Positions 8,357 to 18,900 of a DNA stretch of 64,000 nucleotides are shown piece after piece. Within the stretch, counting starts at the first letter, position 1. Each line of letters opens with the position of its first letter. The DNA lies in contig JAOUMJ010000004.1 in NCBI GenBank assembly GCA_029881495.1, positions 28,476-92,475 on the forward strand, in the 5' to 3' direction. This DNA comes from Nitrospinota bacterium (GTDB lineage Bacteria; Nitrospinota_A; UBA7883; JACRGQ01). The position numbers were made by a program, and so were the translations under genes. The notes beneath the pieces are model-generated. The model was not told the DNA's origin, ran no database searches, and worked only from the letters and a program-made list of their open reading frames with translations.

Positions 8357-10480
8357 ATGGATGTAAATGCTCGCGCCGGATATTTCGTCACAGGTACAGG
8401 CACAGGTGTAGGGAAGACCGTCGCGGCGGGAGCCGTCGCGTACCTTTTGAAAAAAGCGGGATACTCAACAGGGGTGATGAAACCTGTACAGACCGGGGCG
8501 AAGAGCGTAAAGGGGAAACTGGTATCGGAGGATTACGAATTTCTCCGCGCGGTAGCCGATACGGACGATCCTTATGAAACGGCCGTTCCGGCAATATTGA
8601 AAACTCCGCTCTCCCCGTATCACGCATCCCTTGCTGAAAGGGAGAAGGTGGATGTGGCCCATCTCGCGATCAGTTTCCAGAAGATGAAAGAGCGGTACGA
8701 GGTCGTAGTGGTCGAAGGGGCGGGGGGGTTGATGGTTCCGCTCACGGAAAATCTTTTCTGGCACCACTTCATCAAGATGATAGACCTTCCGTTGATAGTG
8801 GTGACAGGCGCGGAGCTTGGAATGATCCATCAGACCCTCTCCACGATCCTTTCTGCGGAGATGTATGGGCTGGAGATAGCCGGGATAATGATAATGGAGA
8901 CGAAGAAAAAGAATAATCCCGAGCCGGATATCAAGTGGCTCGAAAAAACTTCCGGCTATCCGGTGCTCGGAGTCCTCCCTCACACCTCTTCGGTTGCGGG
9001 GGCGAAGGTGAAGAAAAAGGCCTTCCACTCGCACGTTGAAAAACATATCAAGGCAAAACCTTTCGTCGATTATATCGAAAGGAAGGGGTGCGAAGCGGAG
9101 TGGAAACGGCTGAACGAAGCGGATCACAAATATGTATGGCACCCCTTTACCCAGATGGCGGATTGGGTGAAGGAGGAGACGCTTGTCATCGAATCTGCGA
9201 GCGGAATGAAGCTGAAGAGTATAACGGGGGAAGAGTATTACGACGGGCATTCCTCTTACTGGGTGAACGTGCATGGGCACGGCAATCCAGAACTTTCAAG
9301 AACGCTTGCCCGTGAAACTGCAAAGCTCGATCACTCCACATTCCTCGGATTGAGCAACAGGCCGGCGATTGATCTTGCTGAAAAGCTTGTGGAGATTACG
9401 CCAAAAGGTTTGAGCAAGGTATTCTTTTCCGATAACGGCTCCACCGCGGTGGAAGTCGGCATGAAGATGGCCGTGCAGTATTTCCGCCAGAGGGAGAAGG
9501 GGAAGAGCCGGAAGAAAAGGAAGTTCATCGCGCTTGGCGAGGCTTATCATGGCGATACGCTCGGCGCGGTTGCCGTAGGTGGAGTTGAGATATACAGAAA
9601 TATCTTCGGCCCGCTCCTTGCCGACGTGGTATTCACACCTTCGCCATACTGCTATCGGTGCCCATTGAAGAAGTTTCCGTCCGACTGTTCTCTTGCGTGC
9701 GCCGCGGAGATGGAGAAGTTGATAGTGGAGAACCACGAAGATATCGCGGCATTTGTTATAGAACCGATAGTCCAAGGGCCGGGGGGGATAATCGTGGCCC
9801 CTTCGGGCTATCTGAAAAGGGTGCGGGAGCTATGCACGAAATACGACATACTTATGCTTGCCGACGAGGTTGCCGTAGGGTTTGGCCGTACTGGAAAGAT
9901 GTTCGCCTGCGAACATGAAGAGGTTGAGCCGGATCTGATGGCGCTCTCAAAAAGCCTCGGTGCGGGACTTGTCCCGATAGCGGCGACGATGGCGACCGAT
10001 GAGATTTACGAAGCTTTTCTCGGGAAGTGGGAGGAGCAGAAGACGTTTTTTCACGGTCACACATTCACCGCCCACCCCCCGGCGTGCGCAGTCGCCCTGC
10101 AATCGCTGAATTTATACAGGAAGCAGGGGATTATCAGGCAGGTCGAGACGAAAAGCCAGGCTCTTGCCGATTCGCTTGTGAGGTTCGAGAACCTCCCGCA
10201 TGTAGGGGATATCCGGCAGAAGGGGATGATAGCCGGGATCGAACTCGTAAAGAACCGTGAAACAAAAGAACGTTTTGAGATAGCGGTTCGTGCGGGTAAC
10301 ATGGTCTCAAAGGAAGCGAGGAGGAACGGGCTGATAGTGCGCCCCCTGGGTGATACTCTGGTGCTCTTTCCGATCCTTTCCGTCAGTGAAGGCGATTTGA
10401 GAAAAATGACGGATATACTTTACAATTCGATCGCGGCTGTTACAGGTTCGTTCGAAAAGAACGAACCGTTTGTGAAATAG
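8357..10480 (+). CDS. bifunctional dethiobiotin synthetase / adenosylmethionine-8-amino-7-oxononanoate aminotransferase (BioD-BioA fusion)
   Basis: N-terminal ~230 aa BioD with P-loop GTGTGVGKT; C-terminal ~460 aa class-III aminotransferase with WHPFTQM, DEVAVGFGRTGKMFA and PLP-lysine region LSKSLGAG in one uninterrupted frame. Confidence 0.85.
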   Translation: MDVNARAGYFVTGTGTGVGKTVAAGAVAYLLKKAGYSTGVMKPVQTGAKSVKGKLVSEDYEFLRAVADTDDPYETAVPAILKTPLSPYHASLAEREKVDVAHLAISFQKMKERYEVVVVEGAGGLMVPLTENLFWHHFIKMIDLPLIVVTGAELGMIHQTLSTILSAEMYGLEIAGIMIMETKKKNNPEPDIKWLEKTSGYPVLGVLPHTSSVAGAKVKKKAFHSHVEKHIKAKPFVDYIERKGCEAEWKRLNEADHKYVWHPFTQMADWVKEETLVIESASGMKLKSITGEEYYDGHSSYWVNVHGHGNPELSRTLARETAKLDHSTFLGLSNRPAIDLAEKLVEITPKGLSKVFFSDNGSTAVEVGMKMAVQYFRQREKGKSRKKRKFIALGEAYHGDTLGAVAVGGVEIYRNIFGPLLADVVFTPSPYCYRCPLKKFPSDCSLACAAEMEKLIVENHEDIAAFVIEPIVQGPGGIIVAPSGYLKRVRELCTKYDILMLADEVAVGFGRTGKMFACEHEEVEPDLMALSKSLGAGLVPIAATMATDEIYEAFLGKWEEQKTFFHGHTFTAHPPACAVALQSLNLYRKQGIIRQVETKSQALADSLVRFENLPHVGDIRQKGMIAGIELVKNRETKERFEIAVRAGNMVSKEARRNGLIVRPLGDTLVLFPILSVSEGDLRKMTDILYNSIAAVTGSFEKNEPFVK

Positions 10481-10495
10481 CCGGTTTCGTATACC

Positions 10496-11944
10496 ATGTT
10501 AAAAAAATATTGGGAGACGGCAGGAACATTGGAGACATCCGAGAGCAAGTTTCATGACGAGTGTGCCATTTTCGGCATTTACAGGCACCCCGAAGCGGCG
10601 AACGTAACATACCTCGGCCTTTACGCGCAGCAGCACCGCGGGCAGGAGAGCTCCGGCATAGTATCATCTGACGGTTCCGACCATCATATACACCTCGGCA
10701 TGGGGCTTGTGGCAGATGTGTTCAAAAGGGAGATCATAGAAAAACTGCACGGGAATATGGCGATAGGGCACAACCGCTATTCAACCACCGGCGCGTCGAA
10801 ACTTATGAACGCACAGCCGCTGGCGATCGAATATTCCGCCGGATATCTTGCCATCGCGCACAACGGCAACCTTGTGAACGCGTCGACCGTCAGGGCGGAG
10901 CTTGAGGATATCGGCTCAATTTTCAGATCGACCATGGATACGGAGGTGATATCCCACCTTATCGCGAAGTCGAGCGAGAACACGCTCTTCAGCCGCGTGG
11001 TGGACGCACTGCATCAGGCTAGAGGGGCCTATTCGCTACTGGTTATGAACGAGGATGAAATGATAGCGGTGCGCGACCCGAAAGGGTTCAGACCGCTTGT
11101 GATGGGGAAGCTGGATGGCGCGACGGTCTTTGCATCGGAGACTTGCGCGTTCGACCTCATTGGAGCGACGTTCGAAAGGGATCTGAAACCGGGAGAGCTG
11201 GTTCATGTAACCTCCGACGGCGTGAGATCGCACTTTCCGTTCCCTCCAAAAAAGAGCTGTCAGTGCGTTTTCGAGTTCATATATTTCGCCAGGCCCGACA
11301 GCAATATCTTCGGCCGTTCAGTCCATGAGGTGAGAAAAAATTTCGGCAAGGCGCTTGCGCTTGAACTTCCGGTCGAAGCGGACATGGTGATCCCCGTGCC
11401 GGATTCCGGGGTCCCCGCCGCGATGGGTTACGCGGAAAAATCTGGCATCCCTTTCGATATGGGTTTGATAAGGAACCACTACATAGGGAGAACGTTCATC
11501 GAGCCGGAGAGCAGGATCAGGCATTTCGGCGTAAAGCTGAAACTGAATCCTATACGTTCTCTCATCGAAGGGAAAAAGGTCGTAGTCGTCGACGATTCCA
11601 TAGTGCGGGGCACCACATGCAAGAAAATAATCGGAATGGTGCGCTCAGCTGGCGCAAAAGAGGTTCATATGCGCATCAGTTCCCCCCCTACCACGCACCC
11701 CTGTTTTTACGGAATTGATACCCCGACAAAAGAGGAGCTTATCGCTTCGAACATGACCGTCGAGGAGACGAGAAAATTCATCGAGGCCGATTCGCTTGCC
11801 TACCTTACGCAGGAGAAGATGCTCTCCATATTCGGCGATGAGGCGGTCGATTTCTGCACGGCATGTTTCGACGGAAACTATCCGATAAAACGGTTCGATA
11901 TGGATATCGTTCAGGCCGAGCTTTTCGACTCAATAAGAAAATAG
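10496..11944 (+). CDS. purF: amidophosphoribosyltransferase
   Basis: N-terminal propeptide then CAIFGIY nucleophile Cys motif; C-terminal PRTase domain (VVVVDDSIVRGTT) and Cys cluster. Confidence 0.92.
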   Translation: MLKKYWETAGTLETSESKFHDECAIFGIYRHPEAANVTYLGLYAQQHRGQESSGIVSSDGSDHHIHLGMGLVADVFKREIIEKLHGNMAIGHNRYSTTGASKLMNAQPLAIEYSAGYLAIAHNGNLVNASTVRAELEDIGSIFRSTMDTEVISHLIAKSSENTLFSRVVDALHQARGAYSLLVMNEDEMIAVRDPKGFRPLVMGKLDGATVFASETCAFDLIGATFERDLKPGELVHVTSDGVRSHFPFPPKKSCQCVFEFIYFARPDSNIFGRSVHEVRKNFGKALALELPVEADMVIPVPDSGVPAAMGYAEKSGIPFDMGLIRNHYIGRTFIEPESRIRHFGVKLKLNPIRSLIEGKKVVVVDDSIVRGTTCKKIIGMVRSAGAKEVHMRISSPPTTHPCFYGIDTPTKEELIASNMTVEETRKFIEADSLAYLTQEKMLSIFGDEAVDFCTACFDGNYPIKRFDMDIVQAELFDSIRK

Positions 11945-11996
11945 CCGGTCACTGTTTCGCTGAGCCGGCTCTATAAATCGTATATAATCCCACACC

Positions 11997-12737
11997 ATGG
12001 CAAAGCTTGGAGTAAACGTGGATCATGTCGCTACCCTTAGGCAGGCTCGTCTTATCGACTATCCCGATCCGGTTGCGGCGGCGAAAATTGCGATTGAGCA
12101 TGACGTCTCATGCATCACTGTGCACCTGCGCGAGGACAGAAGGCACATTCAGGATAGAGACGTATACCGTATCAGGGAGCTTGAGAATTGCAGGCTGAAC
12201 CTGGAGATGGCGGCGTCCGAGGAGATCATAAAAATTGCGCTTGATGTAAAGCCGGATCAGGTGACCCTCGTGCCGGAGAGGCGGGCGGAGTTGACTACCG
12301 AAGGGGGGCTTGATGTCCTTTCCAGGATCGATTTCTACAGGGAGCTTGTCGCACGATTCAGGGATGCCGGAATACCGGTATCGCTTTTTATAGATACGGA
12401 TGATAAACAGGTAGAGGCTTCATCCAGGACGGAGGCTGGCGCCGTGGAGATAAACACAGGAAAATATTCGGAAGCCGATTCAAAAAGTAAACAGGCCGAG
12501 AGACTGAACGATGTCCGTCGCGCAGTTGAATCGGCCCACGCGCTCGGCATGGTTGTTCATGCGGGGCATGGGCTTCACTACGAAAACGTCTCACCCGTTG
12601 CCGCGTTGCCATGGGTGGATGAACTTAACATTGGTCATTCGATAGTGTCGCAGGCGGTCTTTGTCGGTTTTTCAAAGGCTGTTCTTTCGATGAAAGAGTT
12701 GATCGAAAAAGCGTCCGCGGGCGCAAAGGGGGTTTGA
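11997..12737 (+). CDS. pdxJ: pyridoxine 5'-phosphate synthase
   Basis: N-terminal KLGVNVDHVATLRQAR signature of PdxJ; 246 aa. Confidence 0.9.
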   Translation: MAKLGVNVDHVATLRQARLIDYPDPVAAAKIAIEHDVSCITVHLREDRRHIQDRDVYRIRELENCRLNLEMAASEEIIKIALDVKPDQVTLVPERRAELTTEGGLDVLSRIDFYRELVARFRDAGIPVSLFIDTDDKQVEASSRTEAGAVEINTGKYSEADSKSKQAERLNDVRRAVESAHALGMVVHAGHGLHYENVSPVAALPWVDELNIGHSIVSQAVFVGFSKAVLSMKELIEKASAGAKGV

Positions 12738-12739
12738 AA

Positions 12740-13033
12740 ATGATCAGGCATATAGTTTTGTTCAAGATGAAGGAAGGGAGCACCGGCGAGGAGAAGGAGA
12801 AGCTTATGGCGGACCTTGCGGGGCTGAAGGATTCAACCGACGGGCTCATGCTTGAGTGCGAGGTCGCTTCGGATGTCGCGTCTACCCCTACTTCTTACGA
12901 TGTCGCGCTGAATTCCCTTTTTGAAAGCATGGAAATGGTCGCCTCCTACCAGGTGCATCCTGCACATGTAAAGGTGCTTGAATATATAAAGAAGGTATGC
13001 GGAGCAATTTCGAAAATCGATTACGAGGTGTAA
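12740..13033 (+). CDS. Dabb-type stress-responsive alpha/beta-barrel protein
   Basis: ~98 aa; IRHIVLFKMKEG N-terminus and conserved His near C-terminus typical of Dabb family. ATG 12740 just after pdxJ stop; ORF track start 12734 is TTG. Confidence 0.55.
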   Translation: MIRHIVLFKMKEGSTGEEKEKLMADLAGLKDSTDGLMLECEVASDVASTPTSYDVALNSLFESMEMVASYQVHPAHVKVLEYIKKVCGAISKIDYEV

Positions 13034-13090
13034 CGCACCTAAAGCAGGCTTCCAGCCTGGCCGATTAAACCGAAAGGGAACCTGAAAGGT

Positions 13091-13477
13091 TCAGCTCTTA
13101 ATTACAGCTCCGGCGGTAAATATCCCTACCGGCTTTTCTTCCTTTACGACAATGAGGTGCATAATCTTTTTGTCGGCCATGATCTTTTTCGCTTCAAAGA
13201 TCGATTCGGTATGGTCGATTACTATAGGCTTCTTCGTCATGATCTTCGAAATGGCTGTAGCAGCGAGATCCTTTCCGCTGGCGACACCTCTTCTCACGAT
13301 ATCCTGCTCGGTTACGATTCCGGTGATTTTTCCGGTCTTTCCGATAACAAGGAGAGAGCCTGTATTTTTGCTTTTCATTTTTGCGGCGGACTTTTTTATG
13401 GTTTCAGTTTCCTTTATGGTTACCACGTTTTTATCGGCCATATCACCAACTGCGAGCAGCGTTTTAAATTCCGCCAT
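13091..13477 (-). CDS. CBS domain pair protein
   Basis: 128 aa; two CBS-like repeats (SLLVIGKTGKITGIVTEQDIVRR / HLIVVKEEKPVGIFTAGAVI). Confidence 0.75.
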   Translation of the reverse strand: MAEFKTLLAVGDMADKNVVTIKETETIKKSAAKMKSKNTGSLLVIGKTGKITGIVTEQDIVRRGVASGKDLAATAISKIMTKKPIVIDHTESIFEAKKIMADKKIMHLIVVKEEKPVGIFTAGAVIKS

Positions 13478-13752
13478 TTTGGAACTCCTCCCGGTTTATG
13501 TAAGTTGAATTATGGTAATTTACCCTTGCCTTGAGGAAGTGTCAAATTAATTAAAAAAGTTCATTGAATTGCCATGAGCTATTTAAACATCTGAAAGTGA
13601 AGCGTTTTTGGAGATATCTGGAAATGTGCCTAAGGAAATAATGTTATGTATGATAACAGGTAGAATTGAGTAGCGGCTCTGGTTTGACCAGTGAACAGTA
13701 AACGCTGAATATATTGTTGAATGTTCAGCAACATTTCAGTAATATCCCAAAG

Positions 13753-14361
13753 GTGGAAACCAACGAAGATATCAAGGGTAAAATTCTCGAGGCGGCGATG
13801 GCGAGGTTTATCCATTACGGTTTTCATAAAACTACAATGGCGGAAATTGCCAAGGATTGCGGCATGTCAGCTGCGAACCTCTACCGGTTTTTCCAGAACA
13901 AGGCCGAGATAATCGTCACACTTGCGCTGAATCATTTTGAGGTGACATGGGAGAAGATGGAGGCGATCGTTGGCAACCGTACCCTTGCTTCAGCGGAAAA
14001 ACTTGAAAGCTTCTTTGTTCATCTCTTCAGATGCAACCGCGATCTGTTGCGCGAAAAGCCGAATATTTCAGAGGTGGTCGAGTTCTTCCTTAATGAACGC
14101 CCGGACATCGTAAAGGAGATGGTTTCCCGCGAAATCGTTACGCTGGAAAAAATTCTCGTAGATGGAAATGATTCGGGCGAATTCGCCATTGAGGATACCG
14201 CGGAAACCGCCAGGAATTTCAGGATGGCGTTTACTCCGTTTATCGTCACGCCGTTCCTTCTTCATATTATGGATAACAAGGTCATCGACCATGGCGACCT
14301 GGAAACGAGGCTGAAGAGTCTGCTGAAGCTCCTTTTGAAAGGTATATCCGCGTCGAATTAA
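13753..14361 (+). CDS. TetR/AcrR family transcriptional regulator
   Basis: N-terminal HTH region ILEAAMARFIHYGFHKTTMAEIAKDCGMSAANLYRFFQNK; GTG at 13753 with aaagg RBS; upstream of efflux genes. ORF track start is 13714. Confidence 0.8.
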   Translation: METNEDIKGKILEAAMARFIHYGFHKTTMAEIAKDCGMSAANLYRFFQNKAEIIVTLALNHFEVTWEKMEAIVGNRTLASAEKLESFFVHLFRCNRDLLREKPNISEVVEFFLNERPDIVKEMVSREIVTLEKILVDGNDSGEFAIEDTAETARNFRMAFTPFIVTPFLLHIMDNKVIDHGDLETRLKSLLKLLLKGISASN

Positions 14362-14403
14362 TAGATCGGCAAAAACCGAATTGGCTTAAAAGGTGTATTG
14401 AAA

Positions 14404-15936
14404 ATGATTAGTACATTCAGGAACGGAAAATATATTCTCTTTGCGGCCCCCTTGTTCGCTGTCGCGGTCGGATTCCTCGGAACCGCTGAATCGGCAAAGG
14501 GGGCGGGAGAGAGGATCATCTCTTCAGCCAGAGATATCAGGAATATTATCGGGAGCAACAATTACGATGTAAAGATCCTAGGCGAGCAGGTAAAGCGCGC
14601 GTCGGCTGTCGTGGAAGGGATCGAAGGGGCCTACTTCCCGATGCTTTCGCTCGACACCAGCATCATGGACGACAGAAAACAGCCGCTGAGCAATTTTCAG
14701 CCTGCGAGGGTGGAGAACACGCACTGGGGCGCGACGCTTATTCAGAGAACACCGATGGGGATCAATTTCTCGGCAGGGGTAACGAACGACACGGCTAAAC
14801 TTTACCAGTCCGACCCTCCAAACGATTTTCTTCCATATCCGGCAACGTTCAACCAGCCGGTGGTCTTCCTGAAGATGGAGATGGACATTCTTCAGGATCT
14901 CATGGGCTTTGTGAGCTTCAAGGAGTGGGATCAGTACCGGATAGACGAAGAGGTGTCGAAGATGCAGGTCGAACTTATAAAGCACAAGCTGTTCACCAGC
15001 AGTTCGGCGCTTCTCTGGAATACCAGGGAGATGATGGAGATGAAGTCGATCATCGAGGAGATGGTGACGAGGTTTGAAAAACTTGAAAAGGATGTTGATG
15101 CCAAGGTGCGCAAGAGGATTGCCGAGCCTGGGGACATCTACAAGCTCAAAGCGCTCGTCGCCCAGAGGAAGGCGGACGTTGTGGCGCTAGAGAGGACAGT
15201 GCGGGAGATAGAAAAATCGATCGCCGAAATTCTTTCTGTGCAGGAGGGGATTCGCTTCATGCCTGACAGGACGCTTGCGTCGCTGGAAAAGGGGATAGAC
15301 GCTTGCGAACAGGATATTCTCAGCCGGAAGGAGATGGATACCGCCTGGAGCAGGGAGTTCGACGTTCTTGAAAAAAATATCAGGCGCGGAGAGCTTGAAA
15401 AGGATATCAGGTACAGGAAGGCGCTCCCCGACCTGAAACTCGTTGGCTCCTACGCGAAGACCGGCACCGATTCAACCTTCGGAGACGCGTTTTCAAATAT
15501 CGTGGACCAGGACAAGCCGCAGGTATATGTCGGTTTGAATTTTTCCTGGCCGCTTTCCTCCAGCGTTGCGAAATCAAGGCGGGTATTCGGCGATACCGCG
15601 CTCGCAACCCAGGGGATGACATACGGCAAATTCTACGAAGGGAGCAGGGTTTTTCACGAATCGACTATCAGGAAAATCGGGCATCTGAGGGAAGAGGGGA
15701 AACTTTCAGATGAAGCTGTCGGATACGGCAGAAAACAGATAGACGATCTGCACAAGAGGTACAGGCAGGGGCGGGTAAGCATGTTCGAGCTTGTACAGGA
15801 GGAGAGCTCCGTGCTTCAAAGCGAGTTGACCCGCAAGAGGGTATGGGTTGAGAGGATAAATAATATCTACCAGTACCTTGGCCGCTTCGACAGGCTTAGT
15901 TGCGCCGATAGCGATCTTACGGCTGGAAGAGATTAA
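14404..15936 (+). CDS. TolC-family outer membrane efflux protein (putative)
   Basis: Signal peptide, long coiled-coil segments, ~510 aa; stop 3 nt before RND pump start. Family call is by architecture, not a diagnostic motif. Confidence 0.55.
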   Translation: MISTFRNGKYILFAAPLFAVAVGFLGTAESAKGAGERIISSARDIRNIIGSNNYDVKILGEQVKRASAVVEGIEGAYFPMLSLDTSIMDDRKQPLSNFQPARVENTHWGATLIQRTPMGINFSAGVTNDTAKLYQSDPPNDFLPYPATFNQPVVFLKMEMDILQDLMGFVSFKEWDQYRIDEEVSKMQVELIKHKLFTSSSALLWNTREMMEMKSIIEEMVTRFEKLEKDVDAKVRKRIAEPGDIYKLKALVAQRKADVVALERTVREIEKSIAEILSVQEGIRFMPDRTLASLEKGIDACEQDILSRKEMDTAWSREFDVLEKNIRRGELEKDIRYRKALPDLKLVGSYAKTGTDSTFGDAFSNIVDQDKPQVYVGLNFSWPLSSSVAKSRRVFGDTALATQGMTYGKFYEGSRVFHESTIRKIGHLREEGKLSDEAVGYGRKQIDDLHKRYRQGRVSMFELVQEESSVLQSELTRKRVWVERINNIYQYLGRFDRLSCADSDLTAGRD

Positions 15937-15939
15937 CCG

Positions 15940-18900
15940 ATGATCACATATTTCATAAAAAATCCGAAGGTCGTTGCTCTCATAACTCTTGCGATCGTGA
16001 TTGGGGGGATTATCAGTCTGTTGGCGATGAGGCGGGAGGCTTTCCCCAACGTCGATTTTGCCATGGCGACGATCACAACATTCTATCCGGGTGCCACGCC
16101 GGAAGATGTTGAGATACAGGTAACAAAAAAAATAGAAGACGAGTTGAGGGGCATAGAGGGGATAAAGCAGACGCGCTCCATCAGCCAGGAGGGGTATTCC
16201 GAGATAACCATTGTCGTAGATATAGATAATGTGAGCTCAAGGGAAGTGCTGGACGAAGTACAGCGAACCACCGACAGGGTGGTCGACCTCCCGGCTGAAC
16301 TCCCCGATCCCCCTCATTTCAACGAGATCAAGACGAAGCATTTCCCGGTTCTGGAGGTTTCGGTTCTCGGCGATGTTGACGAGGAGAAGTTAAGAAAGGT
16401 TGCCGATCAGCTGGAAGATGTTTTCGACATGAACAGCGGTGTGGCCGCGGTAAACAAGATCGGGTACAGGGAGCGCGAATACAGGATCTATATAGATCCC
16501 GTAAAAATGGGGAGATATCACGTAAGTTTCAACGAGGTGATACGGGCGATCGGCGCGAGCAATGTCGATACTCCCGGCGGCATATTCGAAAGCCGCCCGT
16601 TCAAGAAATCGGTCAGAACAGTAGGGTCGCTCAAGGAAGCCGAGATGTTTCTCGACGTTGTGGTTCGCACGAATCTTTCGGGCCAGGTCATACGCGTGCG
16701 TGATATCGCCACAGTGGACGATACGTATGAAGATCCGAGGGTGGTGGCGAAGACCAACGGCAAGCCGAGCATAATCCTGGTTGCCATGAAAAAGGAGCAT
16801 ACCGACATACTGAAATTGACCAAAGAGCTCAAGGAAGCGATTGCCGAATTCAGGAAGGGATTGCCGGAAGGGGTTGGCGTAATTGTCAGCAACGACGAGT
16901 CGGAAAGGACAAGGACACGCCTCGACATCATAATTTCCAATTCGATCATCGGATTTTTTCTCATGCTCATTGCCCTTATCGTATTCCTTGATCTGAGGAA
17001 CGCGCTTGTAACGTCTCTGGCGGCGCCAATCGTTATCCTTGTCACGCTCATTCTCATGAGCTTTTTAGGAATTACGTTCAACATGATCTCAATGCTGGCG
17101 GTGATAATCGCGCTCGGCATGTTCGTGGATAACAGCATCGTCATATCAGAAAATATTTTCAGGCTGAAGCAGACAGGATTGTCGATGGAAGAGGCGGCGA
17201 TGAAGGGGACGATAGCGATAGCCGCTCCCATAACGGCGACGGTACTAACTACTATCGCGGCGTTTGTTCCGATGATGGTTACCTCGGGCGTAATGGGGCA
17301 GTTCATTATTGCCATTCCGATAGTGGTCACATGCTCACTCCTTGCCTCCCTGTTCGATTCCTTTTTCCTCCTCCCGGCAAGGATAATCGCGCTGGACAGG
17401 GAAGCGGTCATAAAGGAATCACGGTGGTTCGCCTGGTGGAGACATCTGTTTGAAAGTTTCGTAAGGTTCTTCATCAGATACAAGTGGTCTTCGATCGCAC
17501 TTGCGAATCTTCTCCTTATTGGCGCACTGATATTTGCCGTGAAAAAGATAGACTTCATTCTCTTTCCGCCGGAAGGGGTCGACAGGTTTGCTGTCAAATA
17601 TCTTGCCCACCCCGGAACTCCCATTGAGGATGTGAACAGGGGGATAGAGAAAGTTGAAAACGCTCTGATGAGTCTTCCCTCCGATGAAGTGTACGCCATC
17701 ACTACGAGAACCGGCGTCCAGCAGATGGGCCTTGGTGACCCTCTATCCAGGGTCGGGGACAACGTGGGGATGATACTCGTATACCTGACGCCGGAGAACG
17801 AACGGAAAAGAACCGCGGCGGAAATAATATCCTGGCTGAGGGAGAATGTAGATATCTACGAGCCGTTTGAAATGATCCAGTTCGAGACCCTGGCGATGGG
17901 CCCACCTGTAGGAAAGGCGGTTACGGTCTCTGTGCAGGGGGATGACCTCGAAAAGCTGAAGGAACTAGCCGGACAGATATGGAAGTTCCTTTCCGATATC
18001 GACGGCGTGACGGACATCGATCAGGATCTAAAGCCCGGCATAAGGCAGTTGCGCGTTGAGATAAATAAGGGTGTTCGCGAAGAGATAGGCCTTACCGTAG
18101 CAGAGATCGCGGCCGCTCTTAGAACCGCGCAGGAAGGGGTCATCGCTTCAAAGGTCAGGAAGTATGATGATGATATTGATGTCCGCGTCCTTTTTTCAAA
18201 GGAGGCGAGAGGGAGCATGACCTCGCTGGAAAACCTTCTCATATCGGATGTGAGGGGAAACCTCATCCCTCTTCATAAAGTTGCGAACATCAGGGAGGTG
18301 GAGGGGCCGGAGCCGCGACGGCATTTTGATTACAGGCGTTCCATCACTATTACCGCCGGTGTCGACACCGATAAGGTCACTTCGGTGGAGGTGAACGCCG
18401 CGCTGAGAAAGGCGTTCGCTTTCATCCCGGAGAAGAATCCAGGTTATGTGCTGAAATTCGGAGGCGAAGAAGAGAGCACGATGGAGTCGATGTCGAGCCT
18501 TGCGCGCGCGATGGTCTTTGCGATCATCGGGATATTCTCGATACTCGTGGCGCTGTTTGGCTCGTACGCTCTGCCGTTTTTGATAATGTTCTCCATCCCT
18601 TTGGGATTCGTAGGGGTAATAGTAGGGTTTGCGGCCCACGACAAGCCTTTCGGCTTTCTGGCGATTATCGGGATGATAGGTCTTTCCGGCGTTATCGTAA
18701 ATTCGGCGATAGTGCTAATCGCCTTCATTGAGGACATGAGGAAAAATACTAAATTAAGTCTCGAAGAGTGTCTCGTACAGAGCGCCGGCACAAGGCTCCG
18801 CCCGATACTGCTGACGACGTTCACGACGGTGCTCGCGCTTTTCCCGACCGCGTACGGGATAGGAGGATTCGATCCGATGCTAGTTCCGATGACGCTTGCC

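Noticed and set aside
16518-17762. 414-aa ORF on the minus strand inside the RND pump gene
   Set aside because: Fully antisense to a well-supported 1032-aa transporter; low-complexity S/T/A-rich translation typical of an out-of-frame reading of GC-biased coding DNA.
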